Assembly (NCBI RefSeq): GCF_018350175.1
Contig: NC_058369.1
Span: forward strand, 27,654,001-27,718,000
Length of the DNA: 64,000 bases
DNA from: Felis catus
Lineage: Eukaryota
Reading direction: 5' to 3'
The notes beneath the pieces were generated by a model. It was not told the DNA's origin. It did not search any database and saw nothing but the letters and a program-made list of their open reading frames with translations. Shown piece by piece: positions 52,290 through 64,000 of this stretch. Position 1 is the stretch's first letter. Each line of letters starts with the position of its first letter. Both the position numbers and the translations under genes were made by a program.

Positions 52290-52600
52290 ACTAATTCTAT
52301 GTGCCACACACTCATCCAGGCAGTGGGGATACATGTGGCCCCATTCTCCTGAGCTACAGGCAACTGGAGAAGACAGATTTTAATCAAATAATCACACATA
52401 CACAGTAGGGTTTCAAACTGAGATAAGGAGCAAACACCTGTGAGATGAGGGCAGACTTCCCTGAGGAGGTAAGTGAAGATCTGCAGCAGGAAAAAGGGTT
52501 CAGGAAGCCAGAGGAGAATGGACACTTCAAGATGGGGGATGGGAGGCATGGAAGCCCTAGAACAGGATGGAACAGGGCCAAAGCCCTAAAAGCAAAGGAC
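52290..52600 (-). mobile_element. L2 fragment
   Basis: 'ctatgtgccacacact...aatcaaataatcacaca...gacttccctgaggaggtaag'. Confidence 0.65.
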
Positions 52601-52611
52601 AGGTGGTTGGC

Positions 52612-52632
52612 GGGGGGGGGGGGGGGGGGGGC
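52612..52632 (+). repeat. Poly(G)21 tract
   Basis: 21 consecutive G. Confidence 0.95.
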
Positions 52633-54714
52633 TGCTTTGCAACATATTCTCCTACCTGTGCTGGCAGCATGCACAATTTCAGGTTGATGAATATGAACAA
52701 ATGTGCTAAGTGTTGTCAAGATCGCCCCCATTGAGGGGCAGTTTGGGGTGACAGGGGTGGAGAGCATCTTGCCTCAGGGCTTTAGCCTCAGGCTCTAAGG
52801 AGATTCTGGGCAGGTGAGTGGATCTGAAGTACCTGGGAATGTGAGAAAACAGATAAATGGTGACTTTTTCTGTCTCCCAGTGGCTCCTATTTAGGCAAAG
52901 CCAACTTTCTCACAGGTCAGGCCTTTCTGCCCCCAACCTAGCAGATGCTGTTATTATAGGAAGACAAGTGAACAGTGATTCCCCAGAAATCTTTGAGGAT
53001 AGAGTAGACAGCCTTCTTGCCAGGCCAGTGTAGCTGCAGAGGGTTGAAATGGCCACTTTCCCACACAAATGAACTAGACTCTCAAACTCTGCCAGCATCT
53101 GGGAGAGGAGAAGAAGCAAGGCCTTAGCTTTGGTTCTACATAGAGCAAGACACTGTTCTTTCATACTGGGGTTAACTTCTACTTCATCAACAAGGGGGTT
53201 TATAGATGACTGTGGGAGACAAGAGGCATTCCCAATAACTACTTCACGATGGCATAGTAAGGTCTCTGAGGGCTGGGCTTTTTGGGGGCCTGAAATATTA
53301 GAATACAGTATAAAGAAGCTTCTATAGTGTAAAACATCTATAGCTAAACAGAAGAGAGTGAGGTCGCTAAGTTGTTCAACCAGAAGCACATCTGCAGTGA
53401 GTGTGGTGTCTTCACAGGGACTCTGTCTCGGGGAACACAAAACCTCCACCTTTTGTCCTCACCTTTCTCCCTCTCTCAATTTTCACATGGCTGTATTTTT
53501 AACAAATTGTGTTCAATTTCCCAGACATCATTATATCGAAGTGACATGTTCCTCTCCACAAACATCAGAGAGAGAACAAAACCAGAGACAGATGGCAGGA
53601 TTTCTTTTCGCGGGCAGGGTTTTCCCTGGATAGAGAACTAACTTTTCTCAAATACAACAGAGAAGGGTCGGAAAAATGGATGGAAAGACAACCTTAGAAT
53701 ATCTTTGTGCCCTTTTTCTTCCCTTTAAACATGAGTGGTAAATAATAACCCTCATATTTTATGAAAGCTTATTTTGTTGTTGTTTAAAAAAGCCAAAACA
53801 ATTTAACTATGGATGGTGTCAGTGTTCTGCTTTGTATTTTTCCATATTTTCCAAAATATCTACAATGAACAAGTGTTATCTTTACATTAGAGAAGACAAA
53901 AATCCTCCAAAATGAGATCTCTGTCTGTTTGTGCTCAGGGAGCTATTTGGCGTTACAAGAGAGAGGGACAACATAAATGCTTGTTTGCTTCAGTTAGAAT
54001 GACTTCTATTTCCTGTGGGTTTTCATAGGTCGCTAGTTCATTTCAATCAGCTATTAAGTGAATAAATGTGAAATCTTAAAATACACAGAGAAAGTATATT
54101 AAGCAAGCAGTCAGTGTTTCAAATCATATGTGAGCATATGAGGGGAGCCAGTTCTCACTTGCCAGTTATTATTCCACTTAAAAAAGCTGCTTACCCCTCA
54201 ACTTTGCTCCCTCATTACAACATTTGAACTTTGGGAACCTTTACCATTACCGTACAGTGATAACTCTTGGCTAACAGTCTGTGAAGGAACAATTACTAAT
54301 AACCCACGCCAGCCAAAGGCAGATACAGCAACATGAGCAAAGGACAAGGCTGGTGTTATGTGGCTCAATGGCCACTCGGGGAAAAACAAAGAAAGGATTT
54401 TTATTGACCTACGTGGTTTAACAAATGACACCTAAGTGATCTATTGGCATACTAGAACAGAGGCAAAACTGCTGCCTTATTAAGTCATTTTTAAAATAGT
54501 CATTATAGAACTTTGGCCATAAACCAAGAACAAAAGATTCCATGAAATAAGTTTTTATGAAAAATTTTAAACATACAGTAGTGTTGAGAAAAGGAGCTTA
54601 GAGCTGAATACGGTTACTGATTACATTTCCAGAGGTCTTTCCTAGAAATAATCCTTCTCTGGGTTCAAACCTGAAGAATCAAAATGAGCTATTTTAGGTA
54701 AATTTGGGGGATGA

Positions 54715-54850
54715 TATAGACTTTGGCAGACTATCAGCTCCAGGAGGTTAGGGACCACATCTGTTTTATTTAGCAGTACATGCAAAATAGTGGGCTGGGA
54801 GTTGCTCAGCAGGTGCTCAGCAAAAAGTAAATGAATGCATTAGTGAGATT
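54715..54850 (+). mobile_element. L2 3' end
   Basis: 'gactatcagctccaggaggttagggaccacatctgttttattt...caggtgctcagcaaaaagtaaatgaatg'. Confidence 0.65.
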
Positions 54851-55439
54851 TCATGCATTCTGTGATCTTGCAAACAGAAAATCACAACCTTTCTGAATTT
54901 AAACTTACGGGGCAAAACCCATTATTATACAGGTTCTTAGTGAAATTTTGGTATTTAGGAAAAGGGCTGAGACTTTCTTCAGGTAGAAAGATTTTTCACC
55001 CAATATTTGCTGTGTGTTTTTTGGCCCAATCTGGCCCAGAACATAAATGATGCTGACAGAAACTGAGGTCCTGTGAGGTTCTACCACAATCCTTCAGCTA
55101 ATGGGATCTCGTACAGAACTCATATTTATCACTTCCTTATCAGTTCACTTGCTGAAGCTTTTTATTGGAATCTCAAGTGGATAGATAAATTGGTCTCCCA
55201 GCCTTCAGCCTCATCTAATCCACTGCTATCTTGTTCTGAAGAAAGTATCTTTCTTTTCATCTCTGTCTCTTTCTCCTTACTTTAGTGAGGCCTGAATGCT
55301 TCTGGAATCACATTCAGACAACAAATACTGGCTCCTGAGTATCTTTATGAATAGACACCAAACCTGCTCACCTCTGTGCTGTTCTCTACATGCACAAATC
55401 AGTCAAGATGCTCAACTCACTACTGCCATTTCCACAGTG

Positions 55440-55672
55440 AGGCTGATACCTGTCCCTTTGCCTTACAGGAAACATAGAGCAAAAGAAATACCACAGGGTG
55501 GGAGATGGGGGACAACGGGTCCTTAAGGCATTGAGTCTCTGGATCAAGCCATACCTGAAGCTAGACTTGGATGACTTCTTTAATTATATGACTCAATAAA
55601 GCCTCCATTTACTTTATCCAGTTTGTGGGGTTTTTTTTGCCACTTGCAACCGAAATAGCTTTAACATATGCA
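55440..55672 (+). mobile_element. MaLR LTR 3' part (MLT1I/J-like)
   Basis: 'ctggatcaagccatacctgaagctaga...caataaa...gccacttgcaaccgaaa'. Confidence 0.7.
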
Positions 55673-55951
55673 GGAAAAAGAAGATGATGGCAAGGGAAAA
55701 AAAAAAAGAAGAAAAAGGGATCAGAGGAAAAAGAACAATGAAAGATTTGACAAGGTCATAGGACTAGCCAGTATGCAATAAGAATACAGAACATGAATTC
55801 CAGAGTTCACTGATCGTTTCCCTGCTACTCCCCTCCAGAAATCAGTACTGATTTTTTTTTTATACATAGTTACTTTGAAGCTAAACAGAATTAGCCTGCT
55901 ATCAAGACCCCACACATATAAGACATATATCTACTTACAGACTTACATTCT

Positions 55952-55985
55952 GTTTTTTTTGTTGTTGTTGTTGTTGTTGTTGTTG
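55952..55985. repeat. (TTG)n microsatellite
   Basis: Directly visible. Confidence 0.9.
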
Positions 55986-56251
55986 CACATTTAAGAATTG
56001 TTTTCATAATTAAGCTTCCCAAGGGGAATACAAATGCCACTCTTAATTTAAAGAAATACTAATTCTAAAATCAATTTGTAGAATATTTCAATTGGATCAA
56101 CGGATATAGCCTCCACTAAACCAAATTATTCCCTACTCATGCTTCCTTATAAGTGTGTACTGACACCAATCAAGATTTTCAGGAAACATGTTACAAAGCC
56201 ATTATTCCCAGAGACTGAATCAAGCAGTCAATGATCAAAACATAAGGTAAA

Positions 56252-56460
56252 GGGACCCTTGGGTGGCTCAGTTGGTTAAGCGTCCAACTTCAGCTCAGGT
56301 CATGATCTCACCATTTGTGAGTTTGAGCCTCATGTCCAGCTCTGTACTGATGGCTCAGAGCCTGGAGCCTGCTTCACATTCTCTCTCCCTCTCTCCCCCT
56401 CTCCCTCTCCTACTTGTACTCTATCTCTCTCAAAAATAAATAAACATTAAAAATTTAAAA
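56252..56460 (+). mobile_element. Can-SINE
   Basis: gggacccttgggtggctcagttggttaagcg...; TSD aaaacataagg(t/c)aaa (56237-51 / 56461-75). Confidence 0.95.
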
Positions 56461-57376
56461 AAAACATAAGGCAAAAAAGAATATTCCATCCCTGAACCCA
56501 AAGCACTTGAGTTTTATTAAACATTTATTAGAGATTTTACATAGAATATACTGCTCTGTGCCTATTTTCTTCGTCTTCCAAAGGGTTGCATAATGTTTTG
56601 TGTGCAGTACAGAAGGAAGGCACCAGAAACCGATGTTATCTGTGTAACAGATACTGACATGCAGCTTTTTCACAGAACAGAAAGAAAGTTCTGAAGAAAC
56701 CACAACAACTTTGCAATAGTATCAACAGTAAAGACCCAGGCCCCAACAGGACAGAAAATGTTTCTGAATGCAATGATACTCGATCCACCACACAATTACC
56801 AACTTTACTCAGCCAACAGTATGTTTCTTCAAACACTGGATGTAACGATTCTACCCATAAGAAGTCCAACTGTTGATGAAATAGTAACTAGCTAAAAACT
56901 AAAAACAAACAATTATGTGTAACCCTACTAATGGTTTCTGCCTCTAATGTTTCACACGGGTAATTTGTGGCCCACCCTTTTTCTTGCAGAACAGCTACTC
57001 TAAGACAGTTCTCTTACAGCCAAGGAACTTCCTTAGCCAGCTGAATCCAGGGTATTTCATTTTCACTTTGCACTCACTGCTTTGTCCTTAAAACATGCCA
57101 CTGTGTTTTTGGTTATCTGCAAACATTTCTTGTCCTTCCTACAGAACTGCATATCCCTGGAACAGAGGTACCAAGTCTCACAGAGCTTCTAAATCTGGAA
57201 CTTAGGACAACACTGTACAAAGTCTGTAACAAATAATGTTTGTTAGAGTTCATTATACATTCTTTAAGGCTTGTAACTGATCTTTTTAAAAGATAAAACT
57301 GGTTATACATGGACTGTATTAAAACAGTGTTAAAAAATCTAAAATAATATCACTGTGAGCACGGAATGCATTTTTA

Positions 57377-57584
57377 TTTTTATTTGTCTAAAGTTTATTT
57401 ATTTATTTTGAGAAAGACAGAGAGAGCACAAGCAGGGAAGGGGCAGAGAGAGAATCCCAAGCAGGCTCTGCATGTGGTCAGCACAGAGCCTGATGCAGGG
57501 CTCAAATCCATGCAACTATGAGAACATGACCTGAGCTGAAATCAAGAGTCAGACACTTAACCGACGGAGTCACCCAGGAGCCCC
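57377..57584 (-). mobile_element. Can-SINE
   Basis: tttattt tail ... 'acttaaccgacggagtcacccaggagcccc'; TSD gaatg(c/g)attttta. Confidence 0.95.
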
Positions 57585-57869
57585 TAGAATGGATTTTTAA
57601 TTTAAGGGAGGTGTTTTATTCAGTCTGAGAATGGGGGAATTTATGATGCCTAACACCAGTCTTCAAAAGGCGTCTACCTGCCCAGTTGAGAACACTCTGT
57701 GTAAAGAAAAGTTCCAGATTCCATTCTCCTCTGCCACAGACAATTAAATGTTTTGGTTTAAAAGCTGTTTCTGGGAGTTGAGTTTATTAGCCATACTCTG
57801 ATGAGGCAGGGACTGCAGAAATCACACAGCATGAGGGCATCAGTAGGGCTCTACCAACGTTTTCTTGGT

Positions 57870-58030
57870 AGATGAGGTGTCCTGGGTCTGAGTTTCTGTT
57901 CACCTGTATCTCTGACTGGAATCTAGTTCCTGAGCAAGTCACTTTTCCCCTCTGAGCCTCAGTCACTTCATCTTTTAAATTAAGATAAAATTCCTGGTGG
58001 CATACCTGCTTCACAGGCTGTTGGGAACAT
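57870..58030 (+). mobile_element. MIR SINE
   Basis: 'ctgagcaagtcacttttcccctctgagcctcagt...ttcacaggctgttg'. Confidence 0.65.
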
Positions 58031-58064
58031 AGTAGCAACAGCACTGATGATGTTAATAATTCAA

Positions 58065-58315
58065 TGATAATAGCTACCATTTACTAAGGCGTCTCATATG
58101 CTAGCACTGTGATAAAAGTCCTATACTTCCCTTAACTCTTATGATCATCACAACAATTCTATGAAGCCAGGTACTATCATTATCTGCCTTCTACAGATGA
58201 GGTAACTAAGATCAGAGATGTTAAACAACTTGCCCAAAGTCACACACCTGGTAAAAAGTAGAGCCAGGATTTGAAGCCCAGCATTATGGTTCCAAAGCCT
58301 TAGCCCTGTGCTATT
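58065..58315 (-). mobile_element. MIR SINE
   Basis: 'atagctaccatttact...acagatgaggtaactaagatcagagatgttaaacaacttgcccaaagtcacac...ccaggatttgaagcccag'. Confidence 0.85.
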
Positions 58316-60164
58316 CCGCCCCACACAAATCATTTAAAGCATGTGATGTGAAGCACTTTATAACTTTAAACTAATAAAAAATATATAAATTATTAATATT
58401 AATACAAATAGATGTTCATTACAGTTATTGAAAGATGAGGTAACCATCAATTGTTTTAGTGAAAGCACATACACTTCTCTCAGTGATACCAACAATCCAC
58501 TGTCAGCAAAACAAAACAAAACCCAACTAGAATAGCCTTAGCACATCATCACAAAAGAAGTGCCACTGACACCATTGCAACCAGAGAATTCATTCTTCCC
58601 TGGAGTTCAAAAGGAAAAAAAAATTCCATGCTTCATCTGACAAGAACAAGAAATCCTTCTCACAGCTCTGGCAATGGAATGCCTCAGAAAGAACAGGTTC
58701 AGGAGGGCACTCCCACTGCAAACCGGTGACAAGCCAGCATGAGCCCCACAGAGGGATCCATACCATGATGCCTGTTGCCACTTGCAAGTCACACAACAGT
58801 CCCACGTGTGCCTCCAGAAAGCCACCCAGTACCAGACTAGAGCCCAAACTAGCTTTCCCAGCCTTACAAGGAGCCGGCCACTAGGGAGGCATGGAGGAGG
58901 GCTTACAAGGTGGCAGGCTATTCCTGAGTTCCCCTTTCAACTTGTTTCTTCACTAAGTTACTTTGACATCACACCTGTTTCTGTTCTAGTCTGGAAGCCT
59001 CTGCAGCACGACAGATGGCAGAGTGTCTACATAACGAATGTTCTCTGAGGTCAGTCTATGGAGGTGGCAGCGGGGACCTCGGCAGGTGGGACGGGAGGGC
59101 AGCAGGGCCCCACCCCCCTGGGGGAAGCAGCACCACCATCCATCCCCCACTTTGCTGGGGAACGCTCCCCACCCCTGTGGAAGCTGGGGGTGCGTCTAAG
59201 CTCTGAATGTCCTCAGCTCTGCTCCTCCTTCTGACAGTCATATCCAGGATACCCCGCACCAGCAGCTGCAAGAGGAAGCTACAAAGGAAATCTAGAGGGG
59301 GACTGAGAAATCATAAAAACAGAACAAACCCTCATCGTATTGAAAACTTCAAACTCCATTCTAAGTAAACTTCCAATTTCACTCTCTTAAACTTAACTTG
59401 AGATTTAACTCCCTGAAGTCTAAGCTTTCTAACTCAAATCTCAACTTCTATGTTTCTTAAATCTATCTTAAAGTCAAACTTAGTCTTTTGAAGAGGGAAG
59501 TAAAATTTAACAGCTGAATGGAATGAGTTCCTATGAATGTCCAGCCTGGTTTTAAGGTCATGCCTGGTCCTTAGAAGTTGAAGAAATCCTCACTTCCTGT
59601 TTATGCAAATTTAACATCAGAATAAGGATCTATCTTGGCTGAGCTATGGAGGAAACATTTTCTCAATCACTTTACTGTCCATTTATTAAAGAATCCGTGA
59701 TGCACAGGATGAATAACATTCTGCTTCTTAAAGGAACAAACACCTGTCTCAGGGGCACATGCTTTGCAGACATCTTGTGTGTCTGGAGGTGATACACACT
59801 GCTCCCCTTCCCCCTCAAGGACACCTGGTAGACCTCACTGCCTGCAGCATGAAAGAACTAGCTCTGCAATTCAGTTCCGTTTAAGAGACCAGTGTGCTTC
59901 CATTAATAAGAATTCTGGGCCCATTAACAGGATGACACAAGTGGCTGGAAGTAAACTGGAATCCACTTCAACTCCTTTTTAACGGGTGTCTCTCTTGATA
60001 TTCCCATCTGCTCTGCTTGACGCATGGGTGATGGAGATTAAGATGAGAGAAGATGCTCTCTTTGACGGTAGGGACTACACATCTGCCTCATTCTTTGCTG
60101 TCATCAAAGAAGCTAGAACAGAGGCTGGCAAACAGTCGGGTCTCAACAAATCACTGGCAAATAA

Positions 60165-60365
60165 AAAATACAGTGTGCCAGGCACTGTGTGGAGAGTTTC
60201 CCAATTTGCGGCTTTATGTGATACTCATAAATGTCCTATGCAAGAGGGAGTGCTCTTATTCCAATTTCACAGACAAGGAAACAAAGACATAGAGGATTAA
60301 ACTACTTGCCTAATACCATACAACTAAGAGTAGATGGAGCCAGTCTTTGAATCCTCAGACCAAAT
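60165..60365 (-). mobile_element. MIR SINE (an L2 3' end lies just upstream, ~60050-60165)
   Basis: 'tgtgccaggcactgtg...ttcacagacaaggaaacaaagacatagaggattaaactacttgcc'. Confidence 0.7.
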
Positions 60366-60534
60366 AGTTCTTCTGAGTGAGAGACCTATTTTATAAGGTA
60401 AATCTCTCAAATGGGGAGAACATAGCTCATTGTGACCTGCCTCATGATTTACCCCATCCACCTACACTAGTAATACTAACTGCCACTGAATATAGATGGA
60501 AGACAGCAATTCAGGTAAGGCCAGGGGAGCAATC

Positions 60535-60670
60535 CACACAGGTGTCATGGGGCCAGCAGACCCCTGAAAGCAAACTCAATATTTTGTGTATATACCTGAG
60601 TTTTTCCATAGAAAAAGTCTATAGCTTTCAGACTTCAAAGATTCCATGATCCTTCCAACTCCCAGAATTT
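60535..60670. mobile_element. hAT-Charlie (MER102-like) remnant
   Basis: 'gaaaaagtctatagctttcagacttcaaagattccatgatcc'. Confidence 0.45.
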
Positions 60671-63600
60671 AATGAGTTAGCTGCCTTTCACTAAATTATG
60701 CTTCTAATTGTCACCGCAAAGAGTCAAAGCATTCTGGGTGATTTTTATATGCCTGCTTGAGGGAAAATAATTAGCATGAAAGCTTGGTGAGGATTAGACA
60801 TGAGAACAGTCAGTCTCTGGAAAACACCCTTGGTGTGGAAAGAGCCCCCACAGATCACTGCTTAATTAAGAATATTAGCTCAGATTTCATTCCAGTGCTA
60901 GCATTTGTCCACCGAGAGAACAAAGAGCATCTCTATCAATTCACCTCCCAGTTGGTCTTGAGGGTACTGACATCACAGGATCCCGTATCATTGACCAGAT
61001 TCCATGGTCTTCGAAATATGAAAAGGCACCAGCAAAACCCACCATCCAGCTGTGTCTCTGTCAACAAGATTTTTCTAACCATTTAATTTTTGACAATCTT
61101 CATCTGCAGCATGGACACCCAGGCCGGAGGCTCTATACCATCCTCATGTTCAACAAACACTTAGTGAGAGCCTACTATGTCCCAAGAACTGCATAAAACT
61201 CTTGCTCCTGTGCCCTCTGGAGGCCTCTGTGTGATTCTCAGCAACATGTTTAAAATAGAACAATCAGCAGAGAACACCCAGATGTGGGGACAAGTGTGAC
61301 AAAGGAGTAAAAACCAGGTCATGTACACAGTTAAAGGCAATGATGATTCTGTAGAAGGACAAGAGCACATCTTCCAACTCCTATACGGTTTTTGAGAAGG
61401 AGAGGAAATACAGAATTAAACCAGACTGCCCAGACTCCAAAGAGAAAAGGAAAAGAACAAAGATTCCAGTCTTGTGACTGCTGGTTCACAGGAAAAGATA
61501 AGGTGGAGGAGGAAGAAGAAGAGAAAAAAATGAAAAAGGAAAAATACATTTTTCTAACTGAAGACATCTAAAAATGGAATAAGATAGCTGGTAAAAAGTA
61601 AGCTAGCCATCACTGGAAGGACTTTACGTGGATTTATACAATGGATGAAGGTAAAGCTGAAACTATAAAACATGAAAGATGGGTTAGTACAAGATGATTG
61701 TACCAAAATATAAAGAAACAAAGTTAGTCAGTGTGCGACCCTTCAAAAATAGTACGTTGATTATGCTGTTTACAGAGAAGAATGTGATGTTCACAACTCA
61801 ACGCCAATTACATGCTTACCGTGCCTTATTAAGGTAATGACCTTGGGAGTTGACTCCTCATCTTCCTTAACCTGATGAGTGTGCTGAATATAATCAATTA
61901 GGTTTGTAATTAAAATTACAATTTATTCAACACATTTCCCCCACCTTCTCTTGCTAAGGCTCAAGAAACCATTGGGTGATCAATACAGGCCCTCTGCTAT
62001 AGGCATCATGCTTGCTCCCTCTCTCTCTCTTTTTGCCTCTCTCTCTCCCTCCCTCTCTCTCAGCATTTCTATTATGGATAATTTATTAAACCTTAAATTT
62101 CTTTCCTATTTGTAAGTTTCAGCAAAATTTAGTCAGGTTTCAACACGGAGTGTCAAGGGATAATTAGGACAGTTAGCAGTAATTTATCATTTCTCAGCTG
62201 GGTTTTCGAGCTTTTGCTGACTGCCGGTAGAAATCCGTTAGCCAGCTCTACCCAGATCACTATGAAATCTCCTTTATCTTTGTGCAAATTGCTTTTCTAT
62301 TTTCCTGAAGTGAGCTGCAAGATGAGCCAATCCATTCCTGAAAACCTAGCCACTGGTGTGCCTGTCATCAGCATGAGGCAGAGCCCAGGGCTTCAGATGG
62401 ATGATTACAGTGGCTAACAGATGATAGGGTGCTACAGGCTGCTCCCTCCCAACCTGCTGTGGATTAGAAACTGAAACTGGGCAGTCCGAATCCCATTAGA
62501 TCTTCAGAAAATATGCAAAGGAATCCATGAACATGCCAATATACATGTTACAGGGCAAATCCTGCCTAGCAGCCCACCAAAGATGAAAAGCCGGGAGAAG
62601 GCAGGGACAACAGTTCTGTACTACTTCTGTGTAAGAAGAGGATGTTATTAAGCCTGAACCAAAAAAGGGAGGACCTCCTGTTTTTGAGAGAGGCTCATTT
62701 ACTAGATGGTGAAAAATGAATGCTCTGGGTAATTTCATTCTGAATTGATTTATTTCTAAATGGGGGGAAATTGACACTTGGTGAAAAGCGTAAAAAGCAC
62801 GTTTCTGGGAAGAGCCAGCTAGTCTCAGGTATAATGCAATTATTTGAACACAGGAAATAAGAACACAGAAGGCAGGGTAGAAGGTCACCCAGGAAAGTCA
62901 TTCCCCACAATGAACACTTTCCTTTCCCCCTTGTGACAGACGCTCAGAAAAGTATAAACTGACCCATATTTCCAGTTTATTTCTGGTGCCTAGCCTAACC
63001 CAATCAAAGTTCGCTTTTTAGAAATCCAACAGTTATTCTCAATTAGATTGCACAGCAAATTAAATCATAAATTTCTCTATCCTGGCCCTGGTTTGTCACA
63101 TTCCTAAAATACAACTTTGCTCCCCCTGGCACTTTATTTAAATCTCTGAGGCCAGGCCCCAAGGAAAGTTATAGATTTGATAATTTGCTAATGTGGCCAC
63201 AGTAATTGTTTGAGCCATATTTATGATTTTATTGGATCTTACAACAATCAATAATAATCCATTGATGTCCCTGACTTGGGTTTTCTCACAGTCGACAAAT
63301 GGGGCAGTGGATTCATTTTTAATGTACCCAACTCCCTCCCTAAGAGAGTCTTGCATATATTAATAAAGGCCAAGAAATGAATGGCATCAGTGAACATATC
63401 TTACCCTGAAGAATTAGCTGCAGGATAAGATTTAATGTTAAAAAATAAGGGGAAGAATAGACTAACAGGACCCATTTTGTACAGCACGACCATCATTAAA
63501 GTTAATGGAATTACCTTGTGGTCATGCACCAAAGGGAGCCTATTGGAAGTTAAGCTTTTCTAGGGCCATTGATTCTCAAACTTTCACTCAAGGATTCCCA

Positions 63601-63704
63601 TTGGCATGTGATGAGTATTGCAGATATGCAGAAGCACTTAATGCAAACTGCCAGTTAAGCATATTAAGGAGTAACAATAACTGAATATTTTAGAGCAGAT
63701 GATC

Positions 63705-64000
63705 TAGTTGAGGATATTTTCCACTGGAGGTAGCAGGAACTTCAACTTTAATGGATCAGCTAACCAAAAAGTCTGGAAGTGGTGCAGACTTCAGGACTGG
63801 TTAATTCAGCAACCTGGTAATGTCACCCAGGGTCCAACTTCTATCTCTGCCACTACACGCTCAGTATCTGCTTCATTCTATAGCAGACTGACCCATGAAT
63901 CCTAAGAGAGTTGTTGTAACTGTCAGGGTTACTGCTTCCTTATTCATATCCCTACCCACAGACAATGGATACAAGTTCTCCATGAGGCTGGGAACAACCA
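63705..64000 (-). mobile_element. Old MaLR LTR (MLT1-like), probably running off the window end
   Basis: 'aaaaagtctggaagtggtgcagacttcaggactggttaattcagcaacc...tgtcacccagggtcca'. Confidence 0.5.

Noticed and set aside
52910..53449. 179-aa minus-strand ORF, the longest outside repeats
   Set aside because: GTG start, no recognisable domain or convincing splice sites; an ORF this long can arise by chance in 64 kb. BLASTP/PhyloCSF would settle it.
56665..56880. Acceptor-like 'tttttcacag' followed by a ~66-codon open frame
   Set aside because: The peptide is unrecognisable and there is no partner exon.
59986..60300. 104-aa ORF that looks protein-like
   Set aside because: Overlaps a decayed L2 3' end and an antisense MIR.
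1..64000. CRISPR arrays, operons or a novel multi-gene system
   Set aside because: This is mammalian non-coding DNA with no regularly spaced repeat-spacer structure and no non-TE genes seen.

Overview
Mammalian genomic DNA, almost certainly from a felid. It carries tRNA-derived Can-SINEs with (CT)n and AATAAA tails and young cat-type LINE-1 3' UTRs. The window is AT-rich, CpG-poor and intergenic or intronic. I found no host protein-coding exon, RNA gene or CpG island. The only recognisable coding sequence is a 5'-truncated, frameshifted LINE-1 ORF2 (~20896-23990). The rest is ~10 Can-SINEs, solo LTRs (MaLR/MLT1, MER21-like, MER34-like, one ERV1-type with a 4-bp TSD), old MIR/L2/L1M fragments, DNA-transposon remnants, microsatellites, and TE-poor stretches that may be conserved non-coding elements. 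The best-supported unusual structure is a composite at 20752-24869. There a young L1 has split a Can-SINE and brought a ~510-bp 3' transduction (Tigger3-like fragment plus unique DNA) ending in a second poly(A) tail. I see no evidence for a new gene system. Repeat family names come from recalled consensus motifs, not a database search, and boundaries of old repeats are approximate.
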